Below, in pieces: positions 27,833-37,697 of a DNA stretch of 64,000 nt. The notes under the pieces are model-generated. The model was not told where the DNA came from. It did no database searches and saw nothing but the letters and a program-made list of their open reading frames with translations. Origin of the DNA: a bacterium. Its GTDB lineage: Bacteria > UBA8248 > JACPRG01 > G963555815. Positions within the stretch are counted from its first letter, which is position 1; each line of letters opens with the position of its first letter. Made by a program: the position numbers and the translations under genes. The DNA lies in assembly GCA_965218795.1 (NCBI GenBank), contig OZ244653.1, forward strand, positions 4,864,001 through 4,928,000. Direction: 5' to 3'.

Positions 27833-28020
27833 TGCGAAAACTGGAACACCAAGGCTTTTTCAAGGCCGCCACGCTTGAGGTCGTAGCGAATTGCCTCAAG
27901 GTCGGGGCGAGACCAAACGCGCGGAACAAACACGGCCGCACCCCTCTGCACTTGTCGGCCACGCTCAACCAAAACCCCGCTATCATCACCGTGCTGGTCA
28001 AGGCCGGAGCCGCCCCCGAC
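27833..28020 (+). pseudogene. Ankyrin-repeat protein fragment
   Basis: CENWNTKA, a frameshift, then FKAATLEVVANCLKVGARPNARNKHGRTPLHLSATLNQNPAIITVLVKAGA. Not in the ORF track. Confidence 0.75.
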
Positions 28021-28075
28021 AGCGGCGGAACGGAACGCTCTTGTGGCACAGAAAACCCTCCGCCGAGAGTAATCC

Positions 28076-28720
28076 TTAGTCGCAATCGATGCAGACGAAC
28101 CCCCGTTTAAGGTCCCGAGCGGATGGGAATGGTCACGCATCGGAGATGCGGTGCTTTTCACCCAGTACGGCACATCAACAAAGGCCTCCCCTTCGGAGCA
28201 AGGCGTTCCCGTGCTTACCATGGGCAATATCCAGGACGGCTTGGTCGTTTGGTGGAATGAAAAGAGGATTCCGGACACGGCGGAAGAACTTCCCGCATTG
28301 TACCTGAAGCAGTTTGACTTGCTATATAACCGGACCAACAGTGCGGAACCTGTGGGGAAGACAGGCATCTACCTCGGCGAAGATGATTGTCGGACGTTTG
28401 CCTCTTCTCTGATTCGCATACGGGTTTCCTGTGAGCACTTCTCCCCCCATTTCCTTAATTTGACAATGAACACGTCTGGGTTTCGTGAAACCCAGATCGT
28501 GCCGCTGATTAAGAAGCAAACGGGACAAGCGAATGTTAACGGGACTGCATTGAAGCACATGTTGGTTCCCGTTTCACCCCTTGCCGAGCAGTACCGCATC
28601 GTCGCCAAGGTCGATGAACTGATGGCCGTCTGCGACCGGCTGGAAGCAAGCCTCGCCACCGGGGAGGAGGCCTGCAGCCTCCTGATCGACGCCCTTTTGC
28701 ACGAGGCGCTTGCCGCCTAA
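28076..28720 (+). pseudogene. hsdS: C-terminal half of a type I restriction-modification specificity subunit (HsdS)
   Basis: PFKVPSGWEWSRIGD, RTNSAEPVGK, QANVNG and PLAEQYRIVAKVDELMAVCDRLE. Only one TRD is present and there is no hsdM/R. Confidence 0.85.
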
Positions 28721-28835
28721 CGCCCCTCCCGACTTCCACATCCGCGCACGCCTGAAAACCATATCGCGGGGCGAGTTCCCGCTTGACCTCTTCCGTAGTG
28801 GACCTCCGCTTAATGCCGCGGGGGTGACAAGATGC

Positions 28836-28865
28836 TTGTCCAGATTTTATGACTGGTCGTATAAT
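28836..28865 (+). promoter_or_regulatory. sigma70-like promoter of the TA operon
   Basis: TTGTCC-18 nt-TATAAT upstream of GGAG RBS and the antitoxin ATG. Confidence 0.55.
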
Positions 28866-28891
28866 ATGGCTATTCAAGACGGAGGAGCGAT

Positions 28892-29116
28892 ATGAAAACG
28901 ATTGGAGCCGCAAAGTTCAAGGAGCAGTGCCTGGCGTTGTTGGACCGGCTTGACGCGGAAGGCTTGATCGTCACCAAGCACGGCAAGCCGGTCGCGCGCG
29001 TCGTTCCCTATGAGCAGCAGTGCGCCGACCTGATCGGCAGCCTGCAACACAAGATCGAACTCCGTGGCGATATCTTTACGACCGGCCTCCGCTGGGATGC
29101 AGATGCTCAATCTTGA
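28892..29116 (+). CDS. Phd/YefM family antitoxin
   Basis: MKTIGAAKFKEQCLALLD...IVTKHGKPVARVVP. Confidence 0.9.
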   Translation: MKTIGAAKFKEQCLALLDRLDAEGLIVTKHGKPVARVVPYEQQCADLIGSLQHKIELRGDIFTTGLRWDADAQS

Positions 29117-29465
29117 CACGCACATTCTCGTCCTCGCGGTCGGTGGTGAGCTCCGGCCGTCCGAGCGGACCCTTTTGGCGCGGAGCAGGTGGTCCGTTTC
29201 CGCCATCGTGTTGTGGGAACTGGCCAAGCTCGTTCAACTCGGCCGGATGGATATCGACCTCGACGACCGTGAGGTCGTCCGCGTATTGAACCGCGTGCAC
29301 GTTTGGCCGATTGACCTCGCCATTGCGTGCGCATCGACCCGCCTCGACTTCGAGGGCGACCCGGCGGACGAGATCATTGCCGCTACCAGCGTCGTGCATA
29401 ACGTGCCGCTGCTCACACGCGACCGAGTCATCCGGGGGTCGAAGATTGTTCCGCTGGCCGCGTAG
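29103..29465 (+). CDS. vapC: VapC family PIN-domain toxin
   Basis: LDTHIL, SAIVLWE, DPADEIIAAT and LLTRD acidic motifs. It overlaps the antitoxin gene. Confidence 0.9.
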   Translation: MLNLDTHILVLAVGGELRPSERTLLARSRWSVSAIVLWELAKLVQLGRMDIDLDDREVVRVLNRVHVWPIDLAIACASTRLDFEGDPADEIIAATSVVHNVPLLTRDRVIRGSKIVPLAA

Positions 29466-29555
29466 ACCCAAACGCGGATCCGTAGGATGAAGAAGCACCT
29501 GAGCGCACCGAAGTAAAAGGTCAATAAAACGGGAGCAGCACACTTCACCGTAACC

Positions 29556-29655
29556 GTTGGCGGAAAGATCGCATTCGGCGACACCGACGCTGAACCGTTG
29601 CTCGGGGTGACCGCCTTGGAGTCGGTGCGGTAGAGAGGTGGACCCGCGCAATCAG
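29556..29655 (+). pseudogene. C-terminal fragment of a clan AA aspartyl protease-like protein
   Basis: GGKIAFGDTDAEPLLGVTALESV...EVDPRNQ. Confidence 0.55.
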
Positions 29656-29739
29656 ATCATATGTACGACCAGGCATCTTCCCGAACAAATGATATCTTGC
29701 AAAGGGGAAACGAGCTCCCCCGGAGGCCTGCCCTTGGCG

Positions 29740-29766
29740 GTCATTCCTGCGCAAGCAGGAATCCAG
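29740..29766. repeat. REP/dRS3-like palindrome
   Basis: GTCATTCCTGCGCAAGCAGGAATCCAG. Confidence 0.65.
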
Positions 29767-29849
29767 AGCATTTGAGTAGGGGGGTCGGGAGGGATGGACG
29801 AAGCAGAAGGGGAGCGGCGGTGTTCTGAGCGACTGCGATGCCCGGACTT

Positions 29850-30150
29850 CCTCGGACAAGGCGCCCGAGCGCGCTGCGGCGGTGGTTCACAACGATGTTG
29901 CCGCCCCAGTACGAGGCCCGGGCAATCTCCGTGAATGACGGTCCTGACCGACAACGGCCGGGAGTCCCACGGGAAGGACGGGTTGAGGGGGCGCGTGGTT
30001 TGGGGACGCCTCGTCAAGCGGTCCTTTTCCTGGATTCCTGCGGAAGCAGGAATCCAGGGGGTAGGCAAGCAGGCGGCAGACAGTCTCTGAAGTTCTACAA
30101 CAACGAGCGCCCTCATCAGGGCTGCCCCAACATGGGCAGCCGGCCCATCG
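29850..30150 (+). mobile_element. Degenerate IS481-family transposase remnant
   Basis: Fragments AAVVHNDV, VLTDNGRE and LKFYNNERPHQGCPNMGSRP in different frames. Confidence 0.65.
30029..30058. repeat. REP/dRS3-like perfect hairpin
   Basis: CCTGGATTCCTGC-GGAA-GCAGGAATCCAGG, the same family as the copy at 29740. Confidence 0.7.
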
Positions 30151-30169
30151 TCACGGTAGGGAAGAAACC

Positions 30170-30643
30170 CTATTCTTTTCCATCCGCGACGGCCTGGACG
30201 GCCTCGATGATTTTGGCGTATCCGGTGCAGCGACAGAGGTTGCCCGCCAGGTAGTGCTTGATCTCATCCTCGCTGGGGTGGGGGTTCTCCTCCAGCAACT
30301 GAATCGAGGCCATGATCATCCCCGGCGTGCAGTACCCGCACTGGATCGCCCAGCGCTTGATGAAGCTCTCCTGCATCGGGTGCAGTCCCCCGTCCGGTCC
30401 CTTCACCCCCTCGATCGTCTCCACCGGCTTGTCCTTCACCCGAACCGCCAGCGTCAAGCAACCGCTCACCAACTCACCGTCCACCTTCACCGTGCACGTC
30501 CCGCACACACCCATGTCGCAGCCCTTCTTCGCACCCGTCAGATGAAGGTCCTCGCGAAGGGTGTCCAGCAGGCTCTTCTTCGGCTCGATGGCCGCCTCGC
30601 GCTCCTCGCCGTTCACATGCAACGTCACCAACCGCTTCGCCAT
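30170..30643 (-). CDS. 2Fe-2S small subunit of Mo-hydroxylase (CoxS-like)
   Basis: GCDMGVCGTC, QCGYCTPG and NLCRCTGY motifs. Confidence 0.95.
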   Translation of the reverse strand: MAKRLVTLHVNGEEREAAIEPKKSLLDTLREDLHLTGAKKGCDMGVCGTCTVKVDGELVSGCLTLAVRVKDKPVETIEGVKGPDGGLHPMQESFIKRWAIQCGYCTPGMIMASIQLLEENPHPSEDEIKHYLAGNLCRCTGYAKIIEAVQAVADGKE

Positions 30644-30664
30644 CGCCTCGTCCCTTTTCCCCGC

Positions 30665-31537
30665 TCAGTGAGAACCGTTCCCCGAAAGCGCCGCCTGCAA
30701 CGTGCGACGCAAGAACACCCCCACCATCGCTCGCTTGTACTCCGCCGAACCACGAATGTCGCTGATCGGCTCCACCGAACCCTTCGCCAGCTCACCCGCC
30801 TCGGAAAGCACCGATTCACTCAACTCCTTGCCCCGCAAATACGACTCCGCCTCGCTCAGCCGCTGCGGCGTCGCCACCGCCGCGCCCACCGACAGACGGA
30901 CATCCTTGCACGTCCGACCGTCCGACTCCGTCAACACCGCAGCGCCCACCGACAGCGCCGGCTTGTCCTCCTTCGAGCGCGTCGTGAACTTGGTGTAGGA
31001 CGTCCGCCAGCCCGGCCCCAGACGCGGCACACGTATCTCCGTCAACAACTCGTCCGCCTCCACGCACGTCTCGTAGTAGTCGGTGAAAAAATCGTTGATC
31101 GATACCCGACGCTCACCGCCCTTCTTCTTCAACACCAACTCCGCCTCCATCGCCATCAGCGCCGCAGGAGGGTCCGCCGCAGGCTCGGCAAAACACAGGT
31201 TCCCGCCAATCGTCCCCTGGTTGCGAATCCGTATCGTCCCCACCCGGTGAAACGCCTCCGACAACAACGGGTAGCCCGACGCCACCGCCGCGTCGTTCTC
31301 GATCACTCGGTGAGGCGTCAAGGCCCCGATCGACAGCGCCTCCCCCTCCTCACGAACGTAACGCAACCCGGACAACTCACCAATGTCGATCAGGTAGGCA
31401 GGAGAAAAGAGCCGCTGCTTCAGCACGATCAACAACGCCACCCCGCCGGCAATCAGCTTGCCGTCATCGGCGTGCTCGCTCAGCGCGTCCAGCGCCTCCG
31501 ACTCGCTCGTGCAACTCAATAACTCAAAATTCCGCAT
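30665..31537 (-). CDS. FAD-binding medium subunit of Mo-hydroxylase (CoxM-like)
   Basis: KLIAGG, IRNQGTIGGN and SDIRGSAEYKR motifs. Start placed at MRNFELL. Confidence 0.94.
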   Translation of the reverse strand: MRNFELLSCTSESEALDALSEHADDGKLIAGGVALLIVLKQRLFSPAYLIDIGELSGLRYVREEGEALSIGALTPHRVIENDAAVASGYPLLSEAFHRVGTIRIRNQGTIGGNLCFAEPAADPPAALMAMEAELVLKKKGGERRVSINDFFTDYYETCVEADELLTEIRVPRLGPGWRTSYTKFTTRSKEDKPALSVGAAVLTESDGRTCKDVRLSVGAAVATPQRLSEAESYLRGKELSESVLSEAGELAKGSVEPISDIRGSAEYKRAMVGVFLRRTLQAALSGNGSH

Positions 31538-31827
31538 GATGTCGCCTCTTGACGCCGATTGAGCAACCGGCCGTTCGGGTATTGAGACAGGGTAATACGC
31601 ATGTGGGGATTCCTCACAACAGCGTATGACCTGATTCGAAGGCAATTTCGAGACAAGTTGAAGGTTAGCGAATTCAGCGGAAATCTGTCAACCCCGTCAA
31701 GGGAGGCGCTCCGGCCGGGTATCTTGGAAGCGCCTCTCAGGTCGAACGGGTCCGCTCTCTCCGGTTGGCCGAAAATTATGATAGAGTATCGTCTCTTCAA
31801 ATTCGGGCGGGCGGAGAATTCCAGGGC

Positions 31828-33912
31828 ATGAGCGACTTGGACCAGTATCGCGTGGGGGTGGACACCGGTGGAACCTTCACCGACGTGGTGATCATTCACG
31901 AAGGGACGGGAGAGTTCTTCAGCACGAAAGTGTCCAGTACCCCCGAGGACCCCTCCCTGGCTTTGGTTCAAGGAATCCGGAAGGCCATGACCCAGATGGG
32001 GGTCGAGCCTCGGGCCATCTCTTCCCTGTTCCATGGAACGACGGTGACGACAAATGCCCTGCTTCAGCGCAAGTTCGAAGGGCTGGGGCTCGTCGTCACC
32101 AACGGCTTTCGGTTTCTCCTGGAAATCGCGAGACAAAGTGTTCCGGACAATTACGGCAATTCCTATTTTTGGGTGAAGCCTGAACGGATCGTTCCCCTAC
32201 ATTTTGTCCAGGAAGTGGACGAGCGGCTCGACCCGAATGGAAAGGTCCTGAAACCCCTGAGCGAGAAAAGCGCGGCGCGTGTGGCGAGGTGGTTCAAGAA
32301 AAGAGGGGTGCAAAGCGTGGCTGTCTGCCTCCTCCACTCCTACGCGGACCCCCGGCATGAGCAGGCGGTCAGGAAGATCTTCAGGAAGGAATTTCCGGCC
32401 GCCTTTATTTCTCTGTCGAGTGATGTCCTGCCGGAATACCGTGAATATGAGCGGGCCATGACGACTTGCATGGACGCGGCCCTGAAACCTCACATCAAGC
32501 AATATGTTGACCAGGGCGAAAACCGGGTCCGTGACTTTCTTGGGAACACCCCCTTTCTGGTCATGAAATCCAACGGGGGCGTTATCAGCGCGAGGGACTC
32601 CGCCGAGAATCCGATTTCCACGATTTTGTCCGGACCCGCCGCGGGTGCGCTTGCCTGCGCTTTCCTGGCGGAGCGATGCGGGTTCGACCGCGTCATCACT
32701 TTCGACGCCGGCGGGACATCCACGGACGTAGCCGTGGTCGAAGGAGGCGAGGTCGCGCGGACCACCCAGACCGTCATCGAAGATTTTACAATCAAAGTTC
32801 CCATGCTCGACATCGTGACGGTGGGAACAGGGGGCGGCTCCATCGCATGGGTGAGCACCGAGGGCCGCCTGAAAGTGGGACCCCAAAGCGCGGGTGCTTC
32901 CCCGGGGCCTATGTGCTATGGCCGCGGGGGAGGGGAGCCAACGGTGACCGACGCGGCGATGTTCCTGGGCCAGCTCCCTCGAACGTTTCTGGGCGGAGAG
33001 GTTTCACTCCACCTCAATCAGGCCCAAGAGGGTATGCGGAAGCTCGCGAAAACGCTCGGATTGCAACCCCGCGAAGCGGCGACGGGCGTGCTGGAAATCG
33101 CCGCCTGGAATCAGGCGCATGGGATTCGGCGAATGACCATCCAGCGGGGGCGGGATCCGCGCGAATACTCCCTGGTGGCCTTTGGAGGGGCGGGCCCTAT
33201 GATGGCCGGGCGCATTGCCGACGTTTTGGGGATGAAGTCCGTTATTGTCCCGCCATCGCCGGGTGTCGGATCGGCGTTCGGGCTGCAGGTGGTTGATCTG
33301 AAGAATGATTACGTTCGGACCGTGACTCAGCGCGAGGACCAAATCGATCTCAAAGCCATTGATCATGCCTTTCGGGAGATGCAGCGGGAGGCGGCGAAGG
33401 ATCTGAAGCGAGAAGGCCTGACCCTCAAGGGGACCACGTATGCCCGGAGCATGGATCTGCGATATTTTGGCGAGGCGCAGGAGATGGAAGTCCCTTTGAC
33501 CGGATCCAGGATCACGGAAAAATCTCTTCGGGACGCCATAGAGGATTTTCACCAGCGGTACCTCGCTCTGTTCCGGCATGGGTATCGGAACGAGACGCCC
33601 GTGGAGATTGTCAACCTGCGGCTATCGGGCATCGGGTCTCTGGGCAGGCCCAACCTGAAAAAGGTCGCCCAGAGCGGTCCCAGTCCCATGGACGCTTACA
33701 AGTCCGCCCGACTGATCTATTTTAAAGAGACCGGGTTGCTGGAATGCCGCACCTATCACCGGGACAAGCTCCTGGCCGGGAACTTCATTGACGGGCCTTC
33801 CGTCGTGGAGGATTACGGCTCCACGACGGTGATCCTGCCGGAACAGAGCGCGCGGGTGGACCCCTTCGGAAATCTCGTCATCACACCGAAGCCATCAGGA
33901 AAAAGGGTATGA
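31828..33912 (+). CDS. Hydantoinase A/oxoprolinase family subunit
   Basis: GVDTGGTFTD, HGTTVTTNA, SGPAAG, DAGGTSTD and GPQSAGASPGP motifs. Confidence 0.95.
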   Translation: MSDLDQYRVGVDTGGTFTDVVIIHEGTGEFFSTKVSSTPEDPSLALVQGIRKAMTQMGVEPRAISSLFHGTTVTTNALLQRKFEGLGLVVTNGFRFLLEIARQSVPDNYGNSYFWVKPERIVPLHFVQEVDERLDPNGKVLKPLSEKSAARVARWFKKRGVQSVAVCLLHSYADPRHEQAVRKIFRKEFPAAFISLSSDVLPEYREYERAMTTCMDAALKPHIKQYVDQGENRVRDFLGNTPFLVMKSNGGVISARDSAENPISTILSGPAAGALACAFLAERCGFDRVITFDAGGTSTDVAVVEGGEVARTTQTVIEDFTIKVPMLDIVTVGTGGGSIAWVSTEGRLKVGPQSAGASPGPMCYGRGGGEPTVTDAAMFLGQLPRTFLGGEVSLHLNQAQEGMRKLAKTLGLQPREAATGVLEIAAWNQAHGIRRMTIQRGRDPREYSLVAFGGAGPMMAGRIADVLGMKSVIVPPSPGVGSAFGLQVVDLKNDYVRTVTQREDQIDLKAIDHAFREMQREAAKDLKREGLTLKGTTYARSMDLRYFGEAQEMEVPLTGSRITEKSLRDAIEDFHQRYLALFRHGYRNETPVEIVNLRLSGIGSLGRPNLKKVAQSGPSPMDAYKSARLIYFKETGLLECRTYHRDKLLAGNFIDGPSVVEDYGSTTVILPEQSARVDPFGNLVITPKPSGKRV

Positions 33913-35762
33913 GCCGAACCATTGATCCCGTCATCCAGGAGATTGTCGAGGGGAGCATCCTGGCCGCCGAACGGGAGATGGAGGACCTGGTGGAACGGAC
34001 CGCCCGGTCTCCCATGATTCGCGACCAGCACGACTACCGGGTGGGATTGTTTGACCGGCATGGCAATAAATTGACCGGCCGGTCCTATTCAGCGGTGGTC
34101 GATCCGATCCTGAACAACTTCCCGATCGAGACGATGCGGGAAGGCGACGTCTTCCTGTACAACGATTGTTATCTCTCCGAGGGGGGGATCGGCCACCTCC
34201 CGGATCTTTGCAGCACCGTTCCGATTTTCTACGCAGCTCAGGTTGTGGCCTTCGCCGTGGTTTTTGGCCACCACGACGACATTGGCGGGATGGTGCCGGG
34301 GAGCATGCCCACGTACGCGACCGAGGCCTTCCAGGAGGGAATCATGATCCCCCCGATCCGCCTCTATGACGCCGGAACCCTCAACAAAGCCGCTTACGAT
34401 ATCCTTTTTCGGAATTCCCGCCTGGGGGAACATCTTCGGGCGGATATCGACGCGGAGATCGGCGCCTGCCGGGCAGGGGCTGAACGGGTCGTCGAGCTCT
34501 TCGGCCGTTACGGAAAGGAGACGGTCTTCGCCTGCTTCGACGCACTGCTCGATCGCTGTGAAGAGGTCGTCTCCAGAGAGCTTCTATCGAAAATCCCAGA
34601 CGGCTCCTATGCCTGGGAAGACTACATCGAAAACGACGGTGTCGTGCCGGATCAAGTCCACAAGATTCGTCTGACCATGACCAAGAAGAAGGGCAAGCTC
34701 GTGCTGGACTTCTCCGGCACCGATCCCCAGGCTCAGGGACCGGTGAACTGGCCCGGGAACTACGCCGGTGGAAAGTTTCTCAAGAAGTGGATCGGGCCCA
34801 TTCTTCGGAACCTTGCCGATACGCCGGAGCGCGCCAATGAGATCGACATCAACGAAGGCGTGTGCCGGCTGATGGAAGTCAAATTCCCCCCCGAAGGGAC
34901 ACTGATCACACCGAAATTTCCCGCCCCCACGAATATGAGGATGTTTACCATTCTGCGTCTTCTCGGCATTTTTTCCGCCTGCATTGCCAAATCGGTCAAA
35001 GGAAAGATGCCGGCCGACCAGGAGACGATTCGCATCTGGGGGTTGCACGGATGGGGGGCTGAAGGGGAATTCTTCATCTTTCGCGAGGTCCTGGGGGGCG
35101 GCTCTGGGGGCCGGTACTACGCGGACGGAGAGGATGCCATCCATGTTGTCCCGAATTCACGGAATTTGCCCGCCGAGTTTTCCGAGACCCGCTATGCCGT
35201 ACGGGTCGACAAGCTTGCCCTTTGCCCAGACTCCGGAGGTCCCGGAAAGCGGCGGGGGGGCCTGGGGTACTTGAAGGAATTCACCGTCTTGTGTGATGCG
35301 GGAGTCTTTTCTTTGGCGGATCGATCCAGGTTGGCGTGTTGGGGCGTGAGCGGTGGAAAGGCCGGCGGCAATTACCGGATCATTCTCAATCCGGGGACGA
35401 AAAAAGAGCGCGAGCTACCCGCCTTGTGCGACAACGTCCGTGTCAAGAAAGGGGACCGCGTCCGGGTCATGACGACCGGTGGGGGCGGGTGGGGCAACCC
35501 TCTGGACCGGGAACTCGAGCGCGTCCGGATGGATGTGATGCAAGGGAAGGTGACCCGGGAAGGGGCCAGGCTGGATTATGGTGTGGTCATGGGGCCGGGC
35601 GAGGAATGCCCGGTGGATGGAGAGGCGACGGGAGCCCTCCGCAAAAAGCTTCGAAAAATCAGGAAATACCAGTTTATCGACCGAGGGGAGTACTACGAAA
35701 AAGTCGTTCGGAAGGGAACAAGAAGAAGTCCACCGAAGAAAAAAGTCGCGGCCGGACGTTAG
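33909..35762 (+). CDS. Hydantoinase B/oxoprolinase family subunit
   Basis: GHLPD, HHDDIGG, DSGGPGKRRGG and GGGGWGNP motifs. ATGA overlap with the A subunit. Confidence 0.95.
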   Translation: MSRTIDPVIQEIVEGSILAAEREMEDLVERTARSPMIRDQHDYRVGLFDRHGNKLTGRSYSAVVDPILNNFPIETMREGDVFLYNDCYLSEGGIGHLPDLCSTVPIFYAAQVVAFAVVFGHHDDIGGMVPGSMPTYATEAFQEGIMIPPIRLYDAGTLNKAAYDILFRNSRLGEHLRADIDAEIGACRAGAERVVELFGRYGKETVFACFDALLDRCEEVVSRELLSKIPDGSYAWEDYIENDGVVPDQVHKIRLTMTKKKGKLVLDFSGTDPQAQGPVNWPGNYAGGKFLKKWIGPILRNLADTPERANEIDINEGVCRLMEVKFPPEGTLITPKFPAPTNMRMFTILRLLGIFSACIAKSVKGKMPADQETIRIWGLHGWGAEGEFFIFREVLGGGSGGRYYADGEDAIHVVPNSRNLPAEFSETRYAVRVDKLALCPDSGGPGKRRGGLGYLKEFTVLCDAGVFSLADRSRLACWGVSGGKAGGNYRIILNPGTKKERELPALCDNVRVKKGDRVRVMTTGGGGWGNPLDRELERVRMDVMQGKVTREGARLDYGVVMGPGEECPVDGEATGALRKKLRKIRKYQFIDRGEYYEKVVRKGTRRSPPKKKVAAGR

Positions 35763-35939
35763 GGGTCTGGGGTCGCCGCCCGAATGCTCGATGGCTGGAA
35801 GGTTCACCCCATCAGCCCTCGATCGTTGCCTCGCGATGAACTCCTTCCGGACTCCCAGCGCCGGTCTGAAACATCCCGGCTCGTGTTCGGCGGAGTGGGT
35901 TATCTCGCCTCATGGTCTCTCCCGGCGACTTGAAAATGA

Positions 35940-37295
35940 ATGAAAAATGCAGTGGGGCGAACTGAAATGGATTCGGAAGCGCACTTTTCTCTGATCTCGG
36001 CGGAGGCGGAAAAGCGGCGGGAGGAGACCGTCCGAATTCGGCGGGATTTTCATCGTCATGCCGAACGCGGCTGGCTGGAGTTTCGTACGACTGCGGTCCT
36101 GGCTTCCCGATTGAAATCTCTCGGATATCAAGTTCAGATCGGACCGCAGGTGATCGATTCCCGTTCTCGAATGGGCGTACCTTCCGAGGAGGAAATCGAT
36201 GAAGCCTGTCATTGGGCTTTGAAGCAGGGGGCGGAAAAAGCCTGGGTTTCTGAAATGCAGGGGGGGTTCACCGGGGTCGTCGGGGTCTTGGAAGGCGATG
36301 GGGACGGCCCTACGGTTGCGATGAGGTTCGACATCGATGCCAACTCAGGGGAGGAGGCCCAGGATGACGGGCACCGACCCTTCCGCGATGAATTTTCTTC
36401 CATCAACCCGGGGGTGATGCACAACTGCGGTCATGATGGACACGCCACAATCGGGATCACGGTTGCTTCCCTGCTTGCGAACAACCGAAACCTTTGGAGG
36501 GGCCGACTGAAGATTGTTTTCCAGCCCGCTGAGGAGGGCGGGCGGGGTGCGTTGCCCATGGTCGAAGCGGGCGTGGTTGATGATGTGGATTATTTTTTGG
36601 CCCCCCATTTGGGCGTCCGCGCCAACCGGACGGGCAAAGTGGTGTGCGGGGTCAAAGGATTTCAGGCGACGACCAAGCTGGACGCAACATTCACGGGCCG
36701 GAGCGCTCACGCTGGACTTGAGCCCGAGGCGGGACGAAATGCCTTAACGGCGGCCGCGACGGTCCTCCTCCAGCTCCAGGCCATACCCCGCAACAGTCAG
36801 GGCCACACGCGAATCAATGTGGGGATGATGGAGGGAGGGTCCGGCCGAAACATCATCCCCGACCGAGCCGTGGTGAGGCTCGAGACTCGGGGCGAGACCG
36901 AGGCCCTGGATTCCTACATGCAGGAGCGCGCTCACGAGATTCTCGAGGCCGGCGCCAAGATGCACGGCGTAAAAGTACAGATCGAAAAAATGGGCCGGAC
37001 CATCTCGGGAAGAAGCGATCCTGAAATGCAGAATCTCGTATCCGAAGTGGCGTCCAACCTCCCGGATTTCGACGAGATCGTTTTGGAAGAAGAATTCGGC
37101 GCCGGGGATGATGCAGCCATCATGATGGACCGTGTCCAGCAGGCAGGGGGGAAGGCCGCATATCTTGTCCTCGGCACAGAACTGCCCGGCGGTCACCATA
37201 CCCCTTTCTTCGATTTCAACGAGGATGTCCTAGTCTCCGGTACGAAACTCTTTTCCGCCGTCGTGAGTCGGCTGACTCACGGTCCCGGCGGCTAA
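35940..37295 (+). CDS. M20 family amidohydrolase (AbgA-like)
   Basis: RRDFHRHAERGWLEFRT, RFDIDA, HNCGHDGH, FQPAEEG and GHHT motifs. Confidence 0.88.
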   Translation: MKNAVGRTEMDSEAHFSLISAEAEKRREETVRIRRDFHRHAERGWLEFRTTAVLASRLKSLGYQVQIGPQVIDSRSRMGVPSEEEIDEACHWALKQGAEKAWVSEMQGGFTGVVGVLEGDGDGPTVAMRFDIDANSGEEAQDDGHRPFRDEFSSINPGVMHNCGHDGHATIGITVASLLANNRNLWRGRLKIVFQPAEEGGRGALPMVEAGVVDDVDYFLAPHLGVRANRTGKVVCGVKGFQATTKLDATFTGRSAHAGLEPEAGRNALTAAATVLLQLQAIPRNSQGHTRINVGMMEGGSGRNIIPDRAVVRLETRGETEALDSYMQERAHEILEAGAKMHGVKVQIEKMGRTISGRSDPEMQNLVSEVASNLPDFDEIVLEEEFGAGDDAAIMMDRVQQAGGKAAYLVLGTELPGGHHTPFFDFNEDVLVSGTKLFSAVVSRLTHGPGG

Positions 37296-37697
37296 GGACG
37301 GGCTTCTCCCCCACCGTATGCCGGCGGATGTATCCCGACATCAGTGAGCCCTGCAATCACGCGGAAGCGATGGCCGAGACCGAGACCGATGTGTCGGATG
37401 AGGCGGTGGCATCAACTCCAAGGATGTGGTTTCAAGGTCAGAATTGCTCGATTCTTCCTTTGAGGTGATCCTGCTTTTGAACTGCCCCGCAATCTTGTGG
37501 AAGATATGACCGAACAAAGGGAATTTCCGGATTTCGAAGAGAAGCGGTTGTATCATCGGGAGGGATGGAGAAGGCAGGTCGTTGGGGCGTGGAGCGAGAA
37601 GACCTTCCAGATGTCCAGATCAAACGGCTCCGTCACCCGGCCCATGCCTGTCTATCCCTTGTATTTGATTGAACAGCGATTTGCCGGTCTTACAGTT

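Noticed and set aside
37300-37697. Short ORFs between the two amidohydrolases
   Set aside because: Possibly a decayed gene, but I could not assign any family.
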